From Octopus sinensis (lineage: Eukaryota), in assembly GCF_006345805.1 (NCBI RefSeq), contig NC_042999.1, positions 168,950,001 to 169,014,000 of the forward strand: a DNA stretch of 64,000 nucleotides, given 5' to 3'. A program made the position numbers and the translations under genes. Shown piece by piece: positions 1 through 13,159 of the stretch; within the stretch, counting starts at the first letter, position 1; each line of letters begins with the position of its first letter. A model generated the notes under the pieces. The model ran no database searches. It had not been told where the DNA came from and was given only the letters and a program-made list of their open reading frames with translations.

Positions 1-3000
1 GTCTTCTCAGTCACAGCATATCGCCAGAGGTCCTGGTCTTTTGTCATTGCCTCTGTGAGACCCAAAGTTCGAAAGTCATGCTTGACTACCTCATCCTATA
101 TCTTCCTGGGTCAACCTCTATCCCGGATTCCTTCAACTGTTTGGGAGTGGCACTTCTTCACACATCTCTCCTCATCCATCCGCAGTACATGACCATACCA
201 GCACAAACATCTCTCTTGCACACCACATCTGATGCTTCTTATGTCCAACATTTCTCTCAGGGCGCTTACACTCTGTCGTGTATGCACACTGACATTACAC
301 ATCCAGCGGATCATGCTAGCTTCATTTCTTTCAAGCCTACACATGTCCTCTGCAGTCACAGCCCATATTTCACTGCCATGAAGCATGGCAGTTCCCACAC
401 ATGTCGTACAATCTACCTTTCACTCTGAGTGAGAGACCCTTTGCCACCAGTAGGGGTAGGAGTTTTCTAAACTTTACCCAGGCTATTCTTATTCTAGTGG
501 TGACACTCTCTGAGCATCCACCTCCACTACTAACTTGGTCACCTAGGTAGCGGAAGCTATCAACTAATTCTAGTTTCTCACCCTGGAGTGTAATGAAATC
601 TGTTTTCTGAGCATCTGTGGTGTTTATTGCCCCTGTGCATCTCAGTTAATCTTCCTTTGATGTTGCTGCACCTCTTATGTGCCCATAGCTTACACTGGGT
701 ACATCTTATGGAGTTTCAACCTACACATTTTCGACAGATTGAGCAGGGCCACCTACCTGTGTGTTGAGTTCGCCTTCTTACTTATAACTTTGGTCTTTGC
801 TACATTGACTCTAAGGCCTTTTGATTCTAAACCTTGCTTCCACACCTGGAATTTCTTTTCTAGTTCCAGTAGTGAATTCTGCTATGAAGGTCAGGTCATC
901 AGCATAGAGGAGTTCCCAGGGGCAACCCGTCTTGAATTCCTCTGTTAATGCCTGGAGGACTAGGATGAATAAAAGGGGACTGAGGCCTGAACCTTGGTGG
1001 ATCCCTACTTCTACCCGGAATTCTTCACTATACTCGTTGCCAATCCTAACGGCCTCTCTGTTTAGGGCCTATACAGCCCTTATTAACCATTCATCAAACT
1101 CCAGTTTCTGCATCGCCCACCAGATAAGGGATCGGAAGACCTTGTCAAAGGTTTTCTCCAAGTCCACAAAATGCTAAGTATAGGGGTTTATCTTTAGCTA
1201 GGCATTTCTCCTGCAGTTGTCAACCAGGAATATGGCATCAGTGGTGCTTTTACCCGGAACAAAACCAAACTGCATCTCATCTAAGCAGACTCTCTCCCTA
1301 ATGAGATGGGCTATGACCTTCAACTGACCCAGCAGTTTGATACCCCTGTAGTTATTTCTATCTAGAGCATCACCTTTACCCTTGTAGCAGTTGACTATGG
1401 TACTGCTATGCCAGTCTTTGGATATGACCCCATCATGAACTACCTGGTTTGCAATACGGGTGACTAGGCCATAGCCCACACCACCAAATAATGTTTTAAG
1501 CATCTCAGCAGTGATTCCTGGTGAGCCGGGGGCTTTTCCTGGCTTCATATCCTTAATTGCTTTAACTACTAGGGAGCTGTCTATTGGGATAGCTGGTCCC
1601 TCTACTGGATCAACATTTGGCAGGCTCTCCTCCCATTCATTCTCCATGTTCAGCAGTCTTTCATAATGGCTTCTCCAAGCCTCTTTCTTTTCAGAATCAC
1701 TAAAAGCAAGTGCCCCATCATCCATTCGAACACATTTTTCTCCTGTGACATCACAATTTTCTCTCACACACTGTCTAGCAATCCGAAATACCTCAGTTCT
1801 TTGGCCCTTACATCACTAAACATTGGTAAACTTCTTTTCTGCTTTGCCCTTGGCTTTGTATACCTGCCGCCCAGCCTTGCTTTTGGCTACCTTGTACAGC
1901 TCCCTGCTACCATCATCCTTCCAGGCTTTCCAGGCCTGTTTCTTTGCCCTAACGGCTTTGTCTACCATACTATTCCACCACCATGTAACTCTGAGTCTGG
2001 AAGGGACTTTGCACAATCCACGGACTTGGTCTGTGGCACTCAGCAAGCTGTCACGTAGGAATTTCCAGCTACCTTCTATGTCTGATGTCTGTAGCTCCTC
2101 CTCCCTCTCATCAAATTTCTTGACGAGGATGTCCCTAAATCTCTGACCGTGTGAAGGGTTCTTTAGCTTCCAAATCCTTCTCTTTTGGATTGGTCTGCTT
2201 CTTGGTATCCTTCTGGCCTTGAGCCTAAAGTCACTAATGACTAGCCTATGCTGGGGAGTACATTCTTCACCTGGGAGGGTCTTTGTATTTAAGAGCAACC
2301 CTGCGTCCCACTGTATGGTGAGGATGAAATCAATCTGGCTAGCAGAGTCCCCTGATTGATAGGTTATAAGGTGGCTGTCTGGCTTCCTGATGTTAGTGTT
2401 GCAGATTAAAAGGTTACATGCATCACAGAATTCCAGTAGCCTAGTCCCCTCATCATTTCAGGTGCCAATACCATGACCACCGTGTACCTCAGTGAAGATA
2501 CCAGATTCCCACCCAACATGCCCATTAAAATCTCCAGCAACAAAGATGAGGTCATTGCCACTCGTCTTTGAGGTAGCCTGCAGAAGGGTATCATAAAAGT
2601 GATCCTTCTGATCATTTGGTAGCCCCGCATGTGGGGCATAGGCGGAGATAATTGTAGCTGTGCTGTTGTAGCCTGAGCTTAAGCACCCTATCACATCCTG
2701 ACAACCTCTGTGACCTTATCCACCCATTTTTCCACAAGGAGTATGCCTACACCCCCTACATCATCCAACATACCTTGCCAGAAGAATTTGTACCTATGTG
2801 CCTTGCCTGTGAGGACCCTAGCTGAAGCTCCTCTCCAGCATACATCAACCCATCTCCTTTCAAGCATCTCTACAATCTCACTAGACCTACATTTCAGTGT
2901 GCCCACATTGAGAGTGCCAACTCTGAAAACTGGGAAGGTAATGTGGGTGAGGTTTGGGGAGGAGGTATGTTATTCAGCGCCTGAAAAGAAGAGGGAGGTT

Positions 3001-3025
3001 GTTTTGGTGTTCGTTTTTTAGGCAT
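1..3025 (-). mobile_element. RTE-clade LINE, near full length, frameshifted
   Basis: APE motifs (GTLNV, SAYAP, GDFNGHVG, QHRLV) at 2230-2930; RT motifs (KAPG, NYRGIKL, QFGF, WYGHV) at 100-1770. Confidence 0.92.
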
Positions 3026-3149
3026 GCTTCATCTACACACATATATATAAATGTATGCATACATATTTCAATTTGTTTACAGTTTGTCATATCCTTGTAG
3101 ATGACTGCAGTCATCTAAAAGTTTTTGTTCGTCATGATGCTGACATAAG

Positions 3150-3248
3150 TTCCTTGTCTTTTCTGATGAGAAGGCGGCATAATGCACCCCTTATTCCTTC
3201 GGAATTAGGAATATGCAGTCTTCGAAACGTATGTCAAGAATAAAGGAA
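3150..3248 (+). ncRNA. Type I hammerhead ribozyme, intact core
   Basis: CTGATGA 3163-3169; stem II GAAGGC/GTCTTC; GAAA 3224-3227; stem III AC-GTAT-GT; GUC site ending 3235; stem I TTTT/AAGA plus TTCCTT/AAGGAA. Confidence 0.8.
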
Positions 3249-3914
3249 TTTTGTTAAATCATCGTTCAACTCCATTCTTTCATTTATTTATAGTAAAAAA
3301 AACACACAAATTTCCACACGAAAGCACGTTATCTCTGCCCTTGGCATGTAGCTTCAACCGTGTTTTCTGACGTGAATTTGCTACCCGGGTATCAGTTAAC
3401 CGAATTATCCATACTAGGATAATTCATTCAACTACTTATATATATATATATATATTACAAATTCCTTCTCTTGTACTTCTTCTAGCCTCATATACTGCAT
3501 TAACTGCAACCTCTGTGGGAAAAAATATGTAGGTCAGATGGGTCACCGACTGGCCGACCGGTTCACAAAACATCTAAGGGATGTTCGGCTATGTTTGAAC
3601 ACTCCCATCACCCGTCACTTCCGCTTGGCCAACCATTTCCCCTCTAACATCTGTCTTTGGCTTCACACTACACCATGGATCCACCTACTTAACTCCACCT
3701 GGAATAGCAAAATATCTTTAATTTACAACTATCCCCCATGAACTAAACACAACCCCCTCCTCCTAGTGACTGCCTCTACACCTCCTGCAACAAGCAACTT
3801 AATTTCTTTTCTCATTTTTACTTGTAACTGCGCCATTTATATTGCATTAACTTCCTTATCTTCTTCCAACTTTAATCTTTATATTCTATTGTTTTTATAA
3901 ATTATTTTTATTTC

Positions 3915-4740
3915 TATATACACGCACACATACACCTCCCACACATACATGCACATATACACACACCCACACACACCAACGCACACACATATGTACGCAC
4001 AGGAATGCACAGATACCTATCCCACACAACTCCACACACACACAACCACATACTCAAGGACATGTGCATACATGCAACAAAATGCACACAACCTGACACG
4101 TTCATACACACATATACCTCCAACACAATACACATACAGATACACACAATTATACATACATGGGCAGAAACACACACGCATGCACTCAAGCACACATATA
4201 CACCTACACAAACCCCACACATACAACTCGCACACACACATACACACCCATACATATAGACACACACAATATATGCATACATGCACACACACATACACAT
4301 ATAGACAGACACACATACCTAAGACTCACAACCCCAAGCATACACACAACTACACATGTACACACACACACACGTGCAAAAAATGGCACCTATACTCCCT
4401 ACACAACCCCTCGTTTACACACACATTCACATGAACCCACATATACCTCCCATACACATACAGCACACACTCATACATACATGTACACACACATAACAAA
4501 GTAAAGTACAGTTACTCCCCACACACACAACCCCCTACGCATACACACACACATACTTCAAACTACCAGTACCTTCCACTGACCATTCTCCTACGCACAT
4601 GTGTAGGTAGACACACAACAGCAGCCACTCCTACTATAAATTCTTCCTATGACCTTAAATGATTCTAAGCCCAACCACACACACAGATAAAGTCACAACC
4701 AAACACACACACACAAAGACCTGCGTGCACGCACATACCC
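3915..4740. repeat. Degenerate (CA)n/(TACA)n microsatellite
   Basis: Directly visible. Confidence 0.9.
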
Positions 4741-4880
4741 ACTTCTCTTGCACTCTCCTGTCTCTGAAAGAACTTTTTCTTCACCCATTCCTTTCCGGTC
4801 ACTCAATATGTGACCGTGTGTGCATCGTTGGCGATTTTCTTTCTCCCGTCTTCCCTTCATTGGACCTTTCCTTTTTCTAT

Positions 4881-4915
4881 GTTTCTGATGAAGAGCTCCG
4901 CTCGAAATGTTAAAT
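4881..4915 (+). ncRNA. Minimal Penelope-type hammerhead motif
   Basis: CTGATGA-A-GAGC-tcc-GCTC-GAAA-tgt-TA. Confidence 0.6.
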
Positions 4916-5029
4916 CCTCCTTCTTTCTTTCCTTTCCTGAGCGTCCAATAACACTATACTTGTTCCACGTCCTCGCATTGTTGTATTTTCTCTTTGTTCA
5001 CGTTTCGATTAACTATATATATATAGATA

Positions 5030-5560
5030 TATTATTTATATTATTATCTGATTGAACGCCACGCCTCCATTTCCAAATAAGTTTATCTTAATATTTTTGA
5101 TGCAACTCTACCATATACTGTTCTCTTCCCCTATCATTTTCTCTCTCATCCTTTTTTTCTCACCTTCACCATTTTCTATCTGTCTCTCTCTCGTTGCTCA
5201 CACGTGATCATCTTTCTTTTCCTTCAGAGTTGTTGTAAAGACTGCATGTATCCTATCTATCTCTTCTATCTTTTCTCTTATCAAAGAAAATATTTCTCCA
5301 GTGTTCGCTATTTTACTTTCATCTGGTCTAATAACCCTCCGTAAATCCCAAATTTTATTTTGGCCTTTGTGGGAGCAACTGCCTTCGAAGACTCGTATTG
5401 TCATTCAATGCATGAAATGAGGAGCAAATGGACAGCTGACAACTGATGAAGGGTCGTTCTTTATGTTACTTGTCCAGTTTTCCATTTGTTTCTATTGTTT
5501 GCATATTCAACTCATTCGTTTTCGTATTTCATGTTGGTTACAGTTTGTAATGTCCTGTAC
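5030..5560 (+). repeat. Interspersed repeat, copy 1 (copy 2 at ~15800-16410)
   Basis: Colinear similarity, e.g. AAGTTTATCTTAA..TTTTGATGCAACTCTAC and GACAGCTGACAACTGATGAAGGGTCGTTCTTT. Confidence 0.75.
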
Positions 5561-5562
5561 CC

Positions 5563-5596
<34 letters not shown>

Positions 5597-5949
5597 CGTA
5601 TGTATATATATATATATCATTTATATGTATATATATATGTGTATATGTGTGTGTATGCATGTTTATATGTGAGGTAATAGTTTCAGTATTAATATTGAAA
5701 GTATTAAAACTGAAAGTATCTCACATTACAATAGAGATGTTATTGTTTCACTTTTGACACATACTACTGAAATAGTATAAGAAATAAAAGATTGCTCCGA
5801 GCTCGCATTAAGCAAGAAGTTGAAAATTTTTTTGGCCCATGACACTTGCATGGACCTAAGGCATGTGAAAAATTTGAATGAAATTGGTTGGGTAGTTCTT
5901 GAGTTTTAGTGATGCACACATACAGACACACATTATCACCATCTTTAAC

Positions 5950-7596
5950 ACAGCATCATAAGCTCATCATTCAACTTCATTCAATGAATCTCCAAACATC
6001 TGATGCATCAATTTGCAAGTATCTGGGCCAACAAACATACCTCTAATATTTGCTTCACTTAATAAAGGAAAGATAACTCAAGTGGCTACCCCTCAGGGTC
6101 CAGTGACTTTACAAAATTTTTGTGAACTTTCCAAGTTTAATATGTAGTGATGGTAACAATTAGCTGAGGGGAAACTAGTCGTACATATTGACTGCTTTTA
6201 TTCCCTGGTCTCCATTCATGATGGCCAATCCTACCAACTGTAGTGCAGATTTTGACCCTGGCTGTTCCACAGACACAAAAAGCAGCAAAACTCCACGTAG
6301 CACTTTCTATTTAAAAAAAACCCCATGATCTTTCCACTTGAAATCATCAAACCTGATTGAGTAAAGTAACATCTAGATAGTGTTGTATGACGACTCTTTT
6401 GCCTTCCTTGAATAACCCACTGGAATCCCTGGGTTGTCATTCCCTCAGGTAAAAGGATGACCCTTTCAGTTGGAAACGCTGCCATCAATGAATAACGAGT
6501 AAGCTGTTCTGACTTCACAGGAAATTCTCAAAGCCATCATCAAACCGGAAATGTTCTTGCAATAAACCAAACCCAGTTCATTATGTATGCCAAAAAGGTT
6601 AACAAATTTCTTCTCTCAGTGCCTGTACACTGTTGTTTTGGTTCCTTGGACTAAGACATCAAATTCTTTGGACATTGTTCCAGCCGGGTAAGTATCATCT
6701 TGGAAAGTCCCAACTTTTGAACAAATGATCCACTTGTTCTGTACATATTTTAGGGCATGAATGAGGACTTACAAAATCCTTGTCATCCATTTGGTCTTCA
6801 CATCCAGAATCATCATCTGACTCATCCAATTGTTGAGTGTTTGGAACAAGAAGATATACTTGATATACTTTGCTGTTTTCTAATTGAATCCCTCAACATT
6901 AGTAATACAAAAGTAGTGACCAGTAGAATGGTTGCTTTGTTCTTGTTATGCCATTGGAATGGCAAATGGCATTTGCTTCAGCCTGCCACAGGACTACAGA
7001 GAAAGCTGATCACTGCAACCTTTGCTTACAATATGTGGAGCAAAAGATTTATCTTGGTCTTCAGGTTTCATTTTGAAGTAATCCTTGTATCTTGCTTGTA
7101 TGAGTGGTGTGAGGTTTCTTCTACAGTTTTCGAATGCATATTCTCCACAGATGTAGCAAAAGTGATTTGGGTCATTACAACCATGCAAATTGAAATGGAG
7201 AAATAAAAAAAGCAGTCCACAGTGAACGGAGCAATTACCAATTTGATGCAACAAGTCACAATAACATCTAAAACATGCATTTAAATCAAAGTGTTTTAAA
7301 AATAGACATGACCTAATATGCATTATATCTACTTTTACAGCTCTCTCATTAAAGGTTATCACAAAAAGCACAATTAAAAGCATTCTTGAAAGACAAGTTG
7401 GAATACTTGATGTACTGCATATGCTACATTACATTTCTGTAAATTTAGTATACAGGGGTATCTTGTAGATCAAAATCTAAATGTGATAGAGCAAAACTAA
7501 TTTCATATTCAGAAAGAGCACTCTAAAATTAGCTAAATATCACCCTCAACATCTATCTCTTGCTGAAGAAGCAACTTTTCATTCTATCATGCAGTG
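5950..7596 (-). mobile_element. Degraded CMC/Chapaev3-like DNA transposon
   Basis: N-terminal zinc finger CNDPNHFCYICGEY...DQDKSFAPHIV; CACTG terminus at 7596. Confidence 0.6.
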
Positions 7597-7716
7597 AAAC
7601 CTTCAAGGTTGTGCCCCAGGATAGATACAGTCTAATGACTGGAACAAGTAAAAAATAAAAATGAAACAAAACATGAAATTAAAAAACGAAAACAAATAGT
7701 GAAAAAATGGTTTATA

Positions 7717-7875
7717 TCATTTTTTGCCTTCAATCATTATCACATGGTAACCAAACTTAGTTTTTACAGGAGGATCTGTATAAACAGGAGAATTTACAGA
7801 ACTAGGTGTGAGAGCAAAAGCTGCCTCCTGGAATGGTCCAACCATGCTTCCACGAGTCATCCAACCAAGGTCACC
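7717..7875 (-). CDS. PIN4: PIN4 exon 3 ([22 protein letters not shown]...[20 protein letters not shown])
   Basis: Parvulin signature GDLGW...GYH; TTCCAG acceptor; TGA at 7717-7719. Confidence 0.96.
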   Translation of the reverse strand, partial: GDLGWMTRGSMVGPFQEAAFALTPSSVNSPVYTDPPVKTKFGYHVIMIEGKK

Positions 7876-8626
7876 CTGGAATCAGAAAAAGAAGAAATCT
7901 ATGAAACTCACAAAACATAGAATAATTGAACGGAGAGGGTGTTCAACTCAATCAACAAAACAAATTGTCCCTACTATAGAAATCAACTTTATACTTAGTC
8001 AAAAGAAATTAATACTATTTTATATACCTATGATAAATTTCATCAATTGCTCATTTTACAATAATAGTTTTATAGAAATCTCTGTTAACAGATAAGTAGC
8101 TTTAGCAACTTCAGCAATGAAAAAATTAGCGGTGTGAGCAGCATGCTTTTCCCAAAGGGATTGCAAACAGAAATGAAGTAAAACAGATACAACCTGGAAT
8201 CACAATCATGTTTCAGACACAACTAAACTAAAGTGTACTTCCTACTCGACACAGCAGGTAAATAAAGCTGTATCAAACAAAAAATATCTTATGCCACCAG
8301 AATTCAGGCTTGTATAATATTTAAGAAGATAACTGGATGACTGAGACAGTTTCATTGTTCAGTCTTTCAAGTATAGGGTAAGAGAGATGTTTACAGAGAA
8401 ATGAATGAAGTCCATACAGTAGCTGCCATAATATAAGGGTCAGTAAGGACAAGTGTATTGAAATATTTATTATAGAAGATTAACAAAACATTGAGACTAA
8501 ATATTTTACACATATTTAGATATATCTAATATCTTTTGTGAGAATTTCAAGTGAATGGAATAAATATTTTGTAAGTTATGAGGAAATAAACAAATAATCT
8601 TCCAAACTGCAACAGCCAAAAGTTAA

Positions 8627-8847
8627 CCCTTTCGTTACTGAATTTATTTTGAGGGGTTCTGTGTTTCTTTCAATTACATTAAATATAACAAAGAATTTCA
8701 TGAAATAACTTAGTTATCATTCATCTAGTGTTAGGAACATAAATTATGACTAACGTTTGGTGGAAGATTTTAATTCAAAACTTATGAAAACAAGGCATTT
8801 GTACTACAGAGCCAAAGCCGGTTTCAGCCGGGTTGGTAACGAAAGGG
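8627..8847. mobile_element. piggyBac-derived MITE inside the Tc1 TIR
   Basis: TTAA|CCCTTTCGTTAC...GTAACGAAAGGG|TTAA. Confidence 0.9.
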
Positions 8848-9028
8848 TTAAGGGTCACTTAGAAAAACAATGAAAAATGAACAAGAACAAAAAAGAAACC
8901 TTTACTATTAATATTTTGTGAACATCCCTTTACTATCATTGACCTCCTGACATCTGTTACCACAGGACTGAATTCATTTCTTGCAAAATGATGGAGTAAT
9001 ATTGTTCCATTTCTTTTATTTCTTTCTT

Positions 9029-9410
9029 TTACTTGTTTCAGTCATTTGACTGTGGCCATGCTGGAACACTGCCTTTAGTCAAGCAAATTGACCCCAGGAC
9101 TTATTCTTTGTAAGCCTAGTACTTATTCTATTGGTATCTTTTGCCAAATCTCTAAGTTACGGGGACATAAACACACCAGCATCAGTTGACAAGAAATGTT
9201 GGGGGGACAAACACACAAACATATATCTATATATATACACACACACACATATACGACAGGCTTCTTTCAGTTCCCGTCTACCAAATCCACTCACAAGGCT
9301 TTGGTCATCCCGAGGCTATAGTAGAAGACACTTGCCCAAGGTGTCACACAGTAGAACTGTACCTGGAACCATGTGGTTGGTAAGCAAGCTACTTAGCACA
9401 CAGCCACTCC
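9029..9410 (-). mobile_element. tRNA-derived SINE family A
   Basis: A/B-box-like head (GTGGCTGTGTGG / GGTTCAGTCC in the best copies), internal TA/CA tract, AAAAGAGT-type tail; multiple copies in window. Confidence 0.85.
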
Positions 9411-10704
9411 ATTCATTTTTCAATAATTCCCAGAGATCATCTTGGTTCTTTGGATTTCTCCTTCATGTTCTATCTCCAATAATCTTCCAAACGTTTCCTA
9501 TAGGGTTGAGATCAGGACTTTAAAGTAGCCAGTCCAAGTATCAATCCCTTCATCACTCAAAAAATCTTTGACTCTCTTTGCAGTGTGACAGGGAGATTTG
9601 TCCTGCATGATGATAGGAGGTTGAACTATTGAGTATCGGAGATGTAGAAGGGCATGCTGTCTAAGAATTTGCTTGTAGATTTCAGCATTGACAGTCCCTT
9701 GTAGGTGAATAAGTGAACCAGGAGCAACAGTAGAGATCACACCCCATACCATTACGCTGCCTCCTCCATATTTTTCTATCTTCTTCACACATGTACGAGG
9801 TAACCTTTTGCTACTTTTTCGTTGGACATACATTCCAGCATCAGAACCAATAACATTAAACTTCAATTCATTGCTAAAATGAACCTGCGACCACTGTTCT
9901 TCTGCCCAAACGACATGTTTGTGAGTGAAATGAAAACAGGTTCTTTGATTCTTGTTGGAAATCAGAGGTTTCGTTGCCGGTGCCCAAGCAAGCAACCCAG
10001 AACCTTGTAACCTTTGAGAAACTGTTTTGCGCGATACGTTGATATCAGAAGTGGAGCTAAACTCATGGGATATCTCAGCAGCACTCTTTGTTGCACAACC
10101 CTTCTAGACCTTACAGTAGTTGCTATCACAGAATCTGACTTGCCCTCTTGAAGACACACAATCCTTTGTTTTTTATCACAGGACACCAGTCGTCATTCAC
10201 AAGCCGCCATGTTGACAGTTGAATGTTCCAATAATGTAAGATCATAAGAAGTAACTGTTAGCCCATTAACAGTCTTCTAAACAACATTTTTTCTAAGTAA
10301 CCCTTAACTTTTGGCTGCTGCAATTTAGAAGACTGTTTATTTCCTTGTAACTTATGAAATATTAATTCCATTCATTCAAAATTTTCATGAAAGATAGATA
10401 TTAGATACATCTAAATATGTGTAAAATATCTAGTCTCAATGCTTTGTTAATCTTCTATAATAAATATTTCAATACACTTGTTCTTACTCACCCTGATATC
10501 ATGGCCACTACTGTATAACCAGCACAGTATATAAATGAACTGACTCAATAGTTCACTTGCCCTCATACACTAAATGAAGTTTAGTAGTTGTAATTACAAA
10601 TTGGTTGTTAATTAGGATAAAAACAAACTTTCTATGGTACTAAAAAGGTCCCAGGAACAAAGTGTCTGATGTGGAATAATTTAGCACTGAATCATCATCA
10701 TCGT

Positions 10705-10837
10705 TTAACGTCTGCTTTCCATGCTAGCATGGGTTGGACGGTTCAACTGGGGTCTGGGAAGCCCGAAGGCTGCACCAGGCCTTCCCAGACCCCAGTTGAA
10801 CCTTCCAACCCATGCTAGCATGGAAAGCGGACGTTAA
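10705..10837. repeat. 57-bp-arm palindrome made of two inverted SINE D 3' ends
   Basis: Arms 10705-10761 and 10781-10837, two substitutions, 19-nt loop. Confidence 0.9.
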
Positions 10838-11099
10838 TCAGCAATGCAAAATAAGCAGAGCCAAAACATTCCATACACTCTTCTCCATTACTCACCATTG
10901 GGCTACTGCCTTGGTAAAAGTTAAACTTTCAACAATACCTGGCAAGTAAACCTCCTAAAGAAATTTCCTAATTACGGATCTTACTCATCTCTCGGATTGG
11001 TACAAGATAATCCAAACAATATATTGGCTGTCATGATTACGTTAAGCCATGCGCACCCACACACAAGACCACCACAAAAAAAAATAGTCTCAGGGTGTG

Positions 11100-11683
11100 C
11101 ACTATTGCTGCCAAGCCAAATATCTCACCAGTTCTACTGATAAATACCAGAGGCCTCTTACAAGGCAACTGCAAAAGCAAAATTGTGTACCTGGGGATCT
11201 TTCTGCATGCAATAAAGCCGTATGCATTGCATTTCCAAAAACACATCTTTCTACACACATTATCAATGCCAATATATGCTGTGTTCTATACAGACAAAAG
11301 AGAACTCACAGTGGAGCAGCGGTGTTCAACCATGAACCTTGTCACATTCAAATGCAAATGCACATTAAATCATCCACAAAATGACTCAAAACATGATGGT
11401 AAATTTGATGATAGCCTCAGATGCATAGAAGTGGTACTGACCAACCTGGTCCAATGCATCAATATACTCCACCTGGATAATATTAACCTCCTGAACATTA
11501 AATGGCCTGAAAGCTACATCATTTCTGGGATGATAGAGCCTGAACAAAAGCAAGAAGAATCATTACTTTGATTTTCTAATTTGCTGTTCGTGGAACCTGA
11601 TACTTCAGCCAACAAGGGGAAGCAAAACCTGATATCTTGGACCACAGCAAAACTTGCCCACTAATTTGTCTATGCTAGACACC
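11100..11683 (+). mobile_element. Degraded LINE endonuclease fragment (CR1/L2-like)
   Basis: LINTRGL...KIVYL and LDNINLLNIKWP resemble APE motifs. Confidence 0.5.
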
Positions 11684-11687
11684 TTAA

Positions 11688-12760
11688 CCCTTTCATTACC
11701 AAACCGCCCAAAGCCGCCCGAAAAAAATTTTGGTTTATGAAACCAAACCGCCCAAAGCCACCCGAATTTACCTATTCATATTTAAATGAGAATATCAGAG
11801 CAAATCTCTTCAGTACATTCGTGAAAACACGTATTATACTTCGTAAAGAGTTCAACTACAGTTTTGTACAATAATCGAAGTGTAATTTTAATTCCGTGAA
11901 TTTGGGAGATTTTTTTCCGAAATTTGTTCCTATTGTGTTTTCAAAATTTGTAATTCTGACAAAAAATGGATACGAATTTCATTATATCAAGCAGCGAGTC
12001 AGAATTCGAAGGATTTTCTACTGAAGACCTTCATAAATCTAACTCTATGACTGAAAAAAAAAGCACATGGTATTGATAATGAATTTCATGTTTCATTTTC
12101 CGAAAGTGAAAACAGTGAATCTGAGATCTCCGATAGCGATAAAGAAAACGAATTGGCACCTGAATGGAGTGAAAATTTAAAAACTGTTTCTTTCGGTGAT
12201 TTTTCTGCAGAAACTGGACCAAGCCACAGACTTTCCCAGAAGGGTAAAGCCTTAGGCTATTTCTATTTACTTTTTCGAATGAGCCTATTTGAAATCATTA
12301 CGGAGGAAACGAACCGTTACGCTAAACGTAAACAAAACGAAAGAAAGGATAGTTTGTTATTTCCCACAACCTTAAATGAAATTAAGGCCTATTTTGACAT
12401 AAATATATTATGGGTATCAGAAAGTTACCCAGAATAACAAATTCTATCGTAAAATTTTGTTGTATACCCAATTGAATATTAGCTAATATTTTCTATAGCG
12501 ATGTTTGAACAAAATTTTAATAATTTATATTTTGTGGAATTTACCTGTATTACCTGCAAATAGAGTCACTTTGTGACAAAAATTATAGTATAGAATTTGT
12601 GAGAATATTTCATTAAATTTCTTCCAAAATCAGATTAATATATCGATAAATAAAAAAGTTATAGTTGTTTAATGAAACCAGACTAAATTTATGATTACGT
12701 TAGAAATTAATTGAAACACATAAGGGGTGTAATTTGGTCAGAAATATAGTAACGAAAGGG
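11688..12760 (+). mobile_element. Internally deleted piggyBac element
   Basis: TTAA TSDs; CCCTTTC..TAC TIRs; transposase N-terminal remnant YFYLLF...IITEETNRYA. Confidence 0.9.
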
Positions 12761-12909
12761 TTAAAACTCAGCCAGTTTATGTCAATAATGTAAGCATTAT
12801 GAGATGCACAACAAAGGCCTCAAACCAGCTGAATAGGCAACCAAAGGATGGTGAAAGGTATATATATAAATAACTATATATAGAATATTTATATATATAT
12901 ATATATGTG

Positions 12910-13093
12910 ATCGCTAGCTTCTGCACGCATTTTTTTCTCTTCTTGTTTCTCTCCGTGTTTCTTTTCTGTGTAGCTTTCTGTTGAAGAGCGTAGGCTCGAA
13001 ACGTAAAAGACTTGTTTTATTTATATTCCTGAGCGGCATACTAATACAATTGTTTGTTTATGCTCCGACTGCCTTCGTCTTTTGTTTATTTTC

Positions 13094-13100
<7 letters not shown>
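12910..13100 (+). mobile_element. Solo Penelope 3' terminus with degenerate minimal HHR (12974-13010)
   Basis: Reverse complement of 17195-17390; CTGTTGA-A-GAGC-gtag-GCTC-GAAACGTA. Confidence 0.65.

Positions 13101-13159
<59 letters not shown>

Larger units (their letters stand above)
3450..5015 (+). mobile_element. Penelope-like element 3' part (GIY-YIG remnant, CA-rich UTR, minimal HHR)
   Basis: YCINCNLCGKKYVGQ.GHRLADRF.KHL motif; same module order as the element at 17240-20150. Confidence 0.7.
8417..10513 (-). mobile_element. Tc1-like transposon with long (>200 bp) TIRs and TA TSD, carrying nested insertions
   Basis: TA|CAGTAG...CTACTG|TA ends; transposase motifs KYGGGSVMVWG and QDKSPCH. 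Confidence 0.9.
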
